Of a DNA stretch of 64,000 nt, positions 28,701 through 37,307 are shown in pieces. This DNA is from Nemertoderma westbladi (lineage: Eukaryota > Animalia > Xenacoelomorpha), in contig JAUCBJ010005512.1 in NCBI GenBank assembly GCA_032718475.1, positions 1-64,000 of the forward strand, written 5' to 3'. The translations under genes and the position numbers were made by a program. The notes beneath the pieces are model-generated. The model searched no databases. It was not told where the DNA came from and worked only from the letters and a program-made list of their open reading frames with translations. How positions within the stretch are numbered: position 1 is the first letter of the stretch; each line of letters opens with the position of its first letter.

Positions 28701-30097
28701 GTTTAAATTAATCCCTTGATTAACACGATTCAATACAACCTAGGTTAAAAGATGTCTCTGGGTTTAAATTAATCCCTTGATTAACACGATTCAATACAAC
28801 CTAGGTTAAAAGATGTCTCTGGGTTTAAATTAATCCCTTGATCAACACGATTCAATACAACCTAGGTTAAAAGATGTCTCTGGGTTTAAATTAATCCCTT
28901 GATTAATACGATTCAATACAACCTAGGTTAAAAGATGTCTCTGGGTTTAAATTAATCCCTTGATTAACACGATTCAATACAACCTAGGTTAAAAGATGTC
29001 TCTGGGTTTAAATTAATCCCTTGATTAACACGATTCAATACAACGTAGGTTAAAAGATGTCTCTGGGTTTAAATGAATGCCTTGATCAACACGATTCAAT
29101 ACAACGTAGGTTAAAAGATGTCTCTGGGTTTAAATGAATCCCTTGATTAACACGATTCAATACAACGTAGGTTAAAAGATGTCTCTGGGTTTAAATTAAT
29201 CCCTTGATTAACACGATTCAATACAACCTAGGTTAAAAGATGTCTCTGGGTTTAAATGAATCCCTTGATTAACACGATTCAATACAACCTAGGTTAAAAG
29301 ATGTCTCTGGGTTTAAATTAATCCCTTGATCAACACGATTCAATACAACCTAGGTTAAAAGATGTCTCTGGGTTTAAATTAATCCCTTGATTAACACGAT
29401 TCAATACAACCTAGGTTAAAAGATGTCTCTGGGTTTAAATTAATCCCTTGATTAACACGATTCAATACAACCTAGGTTAAAAGATGTCTCTGGGTTTAAA
29501 TTAATCCCTTGATTAACACGATTCAATACAACGTAGGTTAAAAGATGTCTCTGGGTTTAAATGAATCCCTTGATTAACACGATTCAATTCAACCTAGGTT
29601 AAAAGATGTCTCTGGGTTTAAATGAATGCCTTGATCAACACGATTCAATACAACCTAGGTTAAAAGATGTCTCTGGGTTTAAATGTATCCCTTGATCAAC
29701 ACGATTCAATACAACCTAGGTTAAAAGATGTCTCTGGGTTTAAATGAATCCCTTGATCAACACGATTCAATACAACCTAGGTTAAAAGATGTCTCTGGGT
29801 TTAAATGAATCCCTTGATCAACACGATTCAATACAACCTAGGTTAAAAGATGTCTCTGGGTTTAAATGAATGCCTTGATCAACACGATTCATTACAACCT
29901 AGGTTAAAAGATGTCTCTGGGTTTAAATTAATCCCTTGATTAACACGATTCAATACAACCTAGGTTAAAAGATGTCTCTGGGTTTAAATGAATGCCTTGA
30001 TCAACACGATTCAATACAACCTAGGTTAAAAGATGTCTCTGGGTTTAAATGAATCCCTTGATCAACACGATTCAATACAACCTAGGTTAAAAGATGT
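19765..30097. repeat. 61-bp satellite array, about 169 copies
   Basis: Consensus caacctaggttaaaagatgtctctgggtttaaatgaatcccttgat(t/c)aacacgattcaata; the register shifts one base per 60-nt line. Confidence 0.98.
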
Positions 30098-30413
30098 GAA
30101 TACTAGAGGTCTCGCTACGCGGACCTACTAACGGAGTGAATACTAGAGGTCTCGCTACGCGGACCTAAAAACGGAGTGAATACTAGAGGTCTCGCTACGC
30201 GGACCTACTAACGGAGTGAATACTAGAGGTCTCGCTACGCGGACCTACTAACGGAGTGAATACTAGAGGTCTCGCTACGCGGACCTACTAACGGAGTGAA
30301 TACTAGAGGTCTCGCTACGCGGACCTAAAAACGGAGTGAATACTAGAGGTCTCGCTACGCGGACCTAAAAACGGAGTGAATACTAGAGGTCTCGCTACGC
30401 GGACCTAAAAACG
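30096..30413. repeat. 40-bp minisatellite, about 8 copies, each with a hairpin
   Basis: Unit gtgaatactagaggtctcgctacgcggaccta(ct/aa)aacgga directly abuts the 61-bp satellite. Confidence 0.95.
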
Positions 30414-30955
30414 CCAGCATTTGAAGGGCACCTACAGTACCTGTAGAGAGAGGAATGAACTATTTAATAATGCTTAGATAGTAAGATAGATGACATTGTT
30501 AGACCCCGATAATTGCTGACGTGTTTACCAAGTTGGCTTGATTGGCATGTCATCATATTTAAGAATTAATTGCTATCAGCGTTATCAGGGAAGTGAGCGA
30601 AGGCCACCTGGTAAGGGTTACCACCATACGCTCTCTACTGCACTGTATTGATTGTACCAATAATTAGTATATTTTAGTGGTGATTATTACTATTTTCAGA
30701 CGTCGATAATGCTAGAAAGTGAAATAAGTAAAGAAAAAAGTCCATTAAAAATTTATCGATAAGTTGTAATAACTGTAACATTCCGGCATATATAATGTAC
30801 CTATGAATAGTGAATGTTGTTTCACAAAAAAAAACGAAAAAAAAATAATTATTTTCTGAGGTCGGAAATATTCAGTTTACCCTTTAAATTTTTCTTGCAA
30901 ATTCAAGTTACTAAACTAATAAATCTCTCGTTAAAACCATACACAAAAATCCACC

Positions 30956-31013
30956 ATGAAGAAGTGTACAGTGGTGATTCTTTTGGTTTGCCTGTCTTTA
31001 GCTTTCGCTGCTG
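30956..31013 (+). CDS. Astacin-family metalloprotease, exon 1 (signal peptide MKKCTVVILLVCLSLAFAA)
   Basis: Kozak ccaccATG, hydrophobic signal peptide ending A-F-A-A, and a phase-1 donor G|gttagt compatible with the acceptor at 48277. Linkage across the 17 kb intron is inferred. Confidence 0.7.
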
Positions 31014-31183
31014 GTTAGTAATTATTATTTGTACGTACACTTACAGTATTATTCCTACTTCCCCTCCTGCTCCTGTATTTGTGTTGTGTTTTTGTATATT
31101 GTCGACTCCGCGAAGGTTACAAAGAGTCAAAGGTTATATACAAGATGTCGAAGGTTAAAAAATTGCTCTTTCGAAAATGGCAT

Positions 31184-32701
31184 GTCAAAGGTTACAAAAT
31201 ACCGAGTCGAAAGTTACAATTAGCCAGTCAAAGGTTACAAAATACCGAGTCGAAAGTTACAATTAGCCACTCAAAGGTTACAAAATACCGAGTCGAAAGT
31301 TACAATTAGCCACTCAAAGGTTACAAAATACCGAGTCGAAAGTTACAATTAGCCAGTCAAAGGTTACAAAATAACGAGTCGAAAGTTACAATTAGCCACT
31401 CAAAGGTTACAAAATACCGAGTCGAAAGTTACAATTAGCCACTCAAAGGTTACAAAATACCGAGTCGAAAGTTACAATTAGCCAGTCAAAGGTTACAAAA
31501 TACCGAGTCGAAAGTTACAATTAGCCAGTCAAAGGTTACAAAATACCGAGTCGAAAGTTACAATTAGCCAGTCAAAGGTTACAAAATACCGAGTCGAAAG
31601 TTACAATTAGCCAGTCAAAGGTTACAAAATACCGAGTCGAAAGTTACAATTAGCCAGTCAAAGGTTACAAAATACCGAGTCGAAAGTTACAATTAGCCAG
31701 TCAAAGGTTACAAAATACCGAGTCGAAAGTTACAATTAGCCACTCAAAGGTTACAAAATACCGAGTCGAAAGTTACAATTAGCCAGTCAAAGGTTACAAA
31801 ATACCGAGTTGAAAGTTACAATTAGCCAGTCAAAGGTTACAAAATACCGAGTCGAAAGTTACAATTAGCCAGTCAAAGGTTACAAAATACCGAGTCGAAA
31901 GTTACAATTAGCCAGTCAAAGGTTACAAAATACCGAGTCGAAAGTTACAATTAGCCAGTCAAAGGTTACAAAATACCGAGTCGAAAGTTACAATTAGCCA
32001 GTCAAAGGTTACAAAATACCGAGTCGAAAGTTACAATTAGCCAGTCAAAGGTTACAAAATACCGAGTCGAAAGTTACAATTAGCCACTCAAAGGTTACAA
32101 AATACCGAGTCGAAAGTTACAATTAGCCAGTCAAAGGTTACAAAATACCGAGTTGAAAGTTACAATTAGCCAGTCAAAGGTTACAAAATACCGAGTCGAA
32201 AGTTACAATTAGCCAGTCAAAGGTTACAAAATACCGAGTCGAAAGTTACAATTAGCCAGTCAAAGGTTACAAAATACCGAGTCGAAAGTTCCAATTAGCC
32301 AGTCAAAGGTTACAAAATACCGAGTCGAAAGTTACAATTAGCCAGTCAAAGGTTACAAAATACCGAGTCGAAAGTTACAATTAGCCAGTCAAAGGTTACA
32401 AAATACCGAGTCGAAAGTTACAATTAGCCAGTCAAAGGTTACAAAATACCGAGTCGAAAGTTACAATTACCCAGTCAAAGGTTACAAAATACCGAGTCGA
32501 AAGTTACAATTAGCCACTCAAAGGTTACAAAATACCGAGTCGAAAGTTACAATTAGCCAGTCAAAGGTTACAAAATACCGAGTCGAAAGTTACAATTAGC
32601 CAGTCAAAGGTTACAAAATACCGAGTCGAAAGTTACAATTATCCAGTCAAAGGTTACAAAATACCGAGTCGAAAGTTACAATTAGCCAGTCAAAGGTTAC
32701 A
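31184..32701. repeat. 43-bp minisatellite, about 35 copies (22+21 bp subrepeats)
   Basis: Unit gtcaaaggttacaaaataccgagtcgaaagttacaattagcca. Confidence 0.97.
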
Positions 32702-32923
32702 CAATTCAATTACATTACCCCAAGTTTTGCAAGAATAATTTGCTGCTAATAGCAGGTCAATGGTTTCAAATTACGAGTAAATGTAAATATTGAATGGGAG
32801 AATCTTTTAGGCTCGTTAAGCCAATGAATGCCTTTCACCACCATGGGTGAACAGTAAATCAGATCCACAGTAAACCCTTCCACTCTGTTTCCCAAGTTGC
32901 CTTGGTTCCCATTTATCGACAAG

Positions 32924-33740
32924 TTAATCCTAAACCCGGGGGGGGGGGGGGGGGGGGGGGTCAATATGACCTGGACCCCCGTGGTTTTTTTGTTATAACT
33001 CTGAAACAAACGCAGTTGGGAATCTGAAATTTTATGACTTTTCCTAAACATCTATTGTCTTTCTAATAATGAAAACGGTTTTCAAAAATATTGGAAAGTT
33101 TTCGTGTTGTAGCGCCATTGTTTAACCCTACTTTTGGCACTTTTTTTAGGCGTTTTTTGAAATTTACAATTTATGAAATTTGATTTGTAACATCTCTATT
33201 TTTTATTTACACCGGTTTTTTGGTGTTTTGCTATTGGAAGGAATACATATAAATTAATTTAGAAATTTTAAATTTGTTTTTTTTTCGGCGGGTGCCAAAT
33301 GTTGGTGCCAGCACCAAATTTTGAAACATGTAAATTTTGTAAATTGATTGTTTGAACCTGTTTTTGCGCAATAGGGGTTTTTTAGGGTTCTGGTTTCGAT
33401 GGAATATATAAAAGTTGCACCAGGCGTATCTAACTTGTATTTTTTTGGCGCTACAGTATGTGCAAAATTTAGTGCCAGCACGAAATTTTGAAAATCCATT
33501 GAATAGTTCAATTGCTTGTGAAAACTTATTTCTGCGTTTTATGGGTTTATGGCGGTTCTGAATTCAATGGAATAAATAATTATCTAACTAGACATCTCAA
33601 AGTTGTATTTTCGGAAGTGGGTGCAAAATTTGGTGCTAGCACCAAATTTTGAAAACCATCAAATATATCAATTGATTGTGTCACCTTATTTCTTGCTTTA
33701 TACTTGTTTGTGAGGATTCTGAATTCAATAGGATCAGTAA
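32924..33740. mobile_element. Non-autonomous DNA transposon fragment (TTAA-flanked, possibly piggyBac-like) with ~165-bp internal repeats
   Basis: Starts ttaatcctaaacccg(G)n gtcaatatgacc; palindromic core aaatttggtgc(t/c)agcaccaaattt recurs near 33296, 33465 and 33626; no second terminus found. Confidence 0.45.
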
Positions 33741-33933
33741 AAATTGCATAATTCACGTACAGGATAGTAACAGTTCCGTTTCAGATGTTGCTCTCTAGAT
33801 AACAGACAGGTCTCTCTCTGACTTACGGTAATTACAACAGATTATTACTAAGAATAATAGTTTGTAACATCCTTTAGGGATGTGGTATTATAGACCCGAC
33901 TGAAATACACTCTGGGACCTGATTTACTGGCTT

Positions 33934-35101
33934 TGTAAAAGCTTTTGCGTCATTAACCGGTTATTTTCCCTTAAAGTACTCTGTAGTTGGTTTGCCAGGC
34001 ATAAAAAGGCCGTGTCCTTGCTGTACTGGTGTTTTAGAGGACATAAAAGTCATTTCTTCTGTATTTGTACTGTATTTGTACTTTAGAGGACATAATCCGC
34101 AATCTCGTGACGCGATAAGCTAGATACTCTTGAAAACAGTGTCGCTACCATGACGACGGCTAGCAGCTGATATTGCCACGTCGACATTTCTTTGTTTCTT
34201 TGTTCTCTCGTTGTTCGGTTGACCAATCAGAGCGTTTTTTGTCTCTGTGTTGGAGGTGTATACAGAACTCAGTAGTTCAGTGTTATGTTTTTGCCCAGAG
34301 CCTAAGAACATCGGATTTTGGCACCTCCGTGTTTTCAGTCTTTAGTCTTACATTAGTAGGCTTAATTATAGAACGTATATCTGTTATCACGAGTTACACA
34401 AGTTAACTCATTCACTTAATAATCATTTATACATTAATATTACTGCTTTTACTGTCGGTTATTCATTATATTGGTTGATGAATTATTATATCGGAATACT
34501 GATCAATAGTCAGACACCCCACCTTCTTGATATACAAAAGGTTAGAGAGACCGGTTACAGATAAACGATTGCGACCTATGTTGAGTGGTTTGAAGTGAAT
34601 CTAATGCTATTTCATATGCCCAACATAAATTGTCTGTTGCTCTCTTTATACGTGACCAAATTTAGTGAAGGTCGGCAGATTAGTGTGCAGTATTGTGCAG
34701 CATTGTGTATGAGTGTAACTGATAACAAAGCATCTCCTAAAGAATGCGCCATATACGTGAATCTATAGCCTTTTCGTTGTGTCTAGTTTAAGCCATAACT
34801 CTGTTTACATATTTAGAGCGCCACGTCCTAAAGGAACTGTTAATATTTCCCGAAAGTGAATAATATTTGTCAGAGATTATATATTACGATCAGTCGAATA
34901 ATACAGTAGGCTTACACCATCAATCATTAAGCCCCGAACTCAGTCTCCCGGGTATATCCAACGGGTGAATGATTGCGCATAGACTGGCTTCGGCTAATGT
35001 AGTGTATCAAATACTCGTCATAGGCTAAAGACTATCTATCATCCAAAAGACATTCTAATTTTGGCAGGTTAAACTGTCAAAGGTCTTCAAAAGCGCAAAC
35101 A
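33934..35101 (+). repeat. 5' LTR of element 1
   Basis: tgtaaaagcttttg...caaaagcgcaaaca; direct repeat of 45579-46746. Confidence 0.96.
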
Positions 35102-35112
35102 ATAACAGATAT
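35102..35112 (+). promoter_or_regulatory. Non-tRNA primer-binding site, complementary to LTR positions 34377-34387
   Basis: ataacagatat abuts the LTR with no TGG and is the exact reverse complement of atatctgttat in the LTR. Confidence 0.75.
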
Positions 35113-37307
35113 TGCTTCTGGATTGCGGTGTAAGCAATCAAGTCTAAAGTACCGGTACCGGTTGAACGGTAACCTGTACTGCTGTAGGCCTGTAGGCCCA
35201 ACTGCCCGAACCGGTACTTACGGTACAGGTACATCAGTATTATTCGATTTTGATAATTATATACCGGTAGGCCTCAATAATTAATCAGGGACGGCCGCCC
35301 TGGTTTTTTATTGAGATTTTACTTGTTTCTGTCAAGTTTTATTTATTTGTAGGCCAGTATTGAGCAGAAGGCGTGTAAGCCTGCGCAGATTGTACAGATA
35401 ATTTGTAGGCTTGACTGTTGGCTGACTGTTGATTAGGTCTGAACGGATTGCAGTGCATGTAGAGTGTATGTCCGATAAAGAACGGTTAGGAAGTAGGGGC
35501 AGCCATTGCTGTAAGGTAAACCCCCATCTAAAGAATAAGTCGTACTAGGGCCTACTGGGTTAGAACGCATACTACTTAACCATTTCGGAGTCTGCATGTC
35601 CTGTGGTTTATTTAGGCCTGATAGGAGTCCGCCGGCGTTTGGTCTGTACTTTGTTTGTGTAGTCTGTACGGGTAGCGTATAATTTTATTTAGATAATTTG
35701 TAGGCTGGATAGTTGTCTGGCTGCTGTTGGGTTTGAGGAAATTTCGGTGTGTGTAAAGCATCTGTCCGATAAAGAACGGTTAGGAAGTAGGGGCAGCCAT
35801 TGCTGTAAGGTAAACCCCCATCTAAAGAATAAGTCGTACTACTGGGTTAGAACGCATACTACTTAACCATTTCGGAGTCTACATATACCGTAGTTTGTTT
35901 AGGCTTGATAGTAGTCTGTCAGTATTTGGTCTGCATTTTGTTTGAATGGTTTGTACGCGTAGCGTAATATTTATTATTCAGAGTTTATGCGATTATTCGC
36001 AACATTCATTCCCCAAGTTTGTTCCTACAGTAATTGTGTTTGTTATACATACCGTTATAGTTAAACTAACCCCGGTACTATACGGGCTGCTTGGCGTAGG
36101 TAAAGACTGGTGATTTTGTGCACCGGTCACTCCAGCAGATGCCGTGGTTCTTTTAGCTGTTCAAGTATTTTTAACTACTAATTATTTGTTATACAAGTAT
36201 TTGTACCTAATTTAGGGTTTAGTGTACAGTGCTTTCCGAAAGCAATTAGTGTGTAGGCAGTATATTTGTGTTGTAAAGTGGTTAATAGGCACGTTGGTTC
36301 TGGTAGACCTCGGTAATTAACTTCTAGGTAGGGACACTCCGTGATACATAACGTAGTACCTATAGCGATACGGTTATAGGTCGTCAGGCGGTGGTATTTT
36401 CCTATCTGGACAGCGCAGTATATTTACTACTACTTATTATTTTCAAATACCGTAGTAACCTGTCCGTTGTAATAACCAGATATTCTAACCCTTTGTTAGG
36501 CTGGTTAGTAAACTTCTTGTAAAATTACCCTAAAAATTTGTATTTGTGTATTTGTAATTAAATTTTTGTGTTTATTTAGAGATTGTAATCTCAACCCGAA
36601 TTGTACGTAATTTATAGTATTAAGTAACTTAGGTAAATTAGAATTATTTGTTTTAGTGTCTAACAAGTAGCACTCCACTGAGAGCGCACAGCTTATGTGT
36701 AGTGACTCCCCCAGAAATAATAACATTTATTTCAAACATTGACAAAACCCATTAAACGGGTATATATATATTATAAATCAACTCAAACGATTTATAAATA
36801 GTAGGCCTGCCATACAACAATTAGGTCTCAATATCAGTTGGACTACTGCTTAAATAACGGTAATAAAGTAAGTTAAAGTAACCAAGTAACCCTTAAAATT
36901 CAGAAATTCAATTATTTAAAATAATTGATATACCGGTATTTACGATAGGCCTATTATATATTTATATACTTGTGCTGAAATCATACCGGTATTCTGTAAT
37001 TAATTCTAGTCTGTAATTATACTTATATATATACATTATAGGTGTAAACTGCATACCGGTATCCACGATAGGCCTATTATATATTTATATATATTTGTGC
37101 TAAAATTATATACCGGTTTCTGTGAAAAACCTAGTCTGTAATAATACTTATATATACAATAAGCATACCGGTATTCTAATATTATATATATATCACGCTA
37201 CACTGAGTAGCAGTATCGGTAATTAATTACTAGGCTAGCAGTTAATACTGAATTACTAGACTTACTTAGACTGTAATAGCAGTAGACATTCAACTGTGTA
37301 AACAAAC

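Noticed and set aside
19765-32701. CRISPR-like arrays
   Set aside because: The repeats are contiguous with no unique spacers, there are no cas genes, and the context is eukaryotic.
34120-34406. ORFs within the LTRs
   Set aside because: Short, non-ATG or not conserved in the diverged LTRs; repeated only because the LTR is duplicated.
34865-34900. Group I intron R/S-like words (tcagagattata, acgatcagtcg) in the LTR
   Set aside because: The spacing is too short for P3/P8, and P7 pairing is not kept in element 2 or the solo LTR.
34934-35000. HDV-like ribozyme or cUUCGg tetraloop suggested by ggcttcggctaat
   Set aside because: No P1/P3/L3 nested pseudoknot could be built; ttcgg is better explained by pairing with the upstream ccgaa in all three LTRs.
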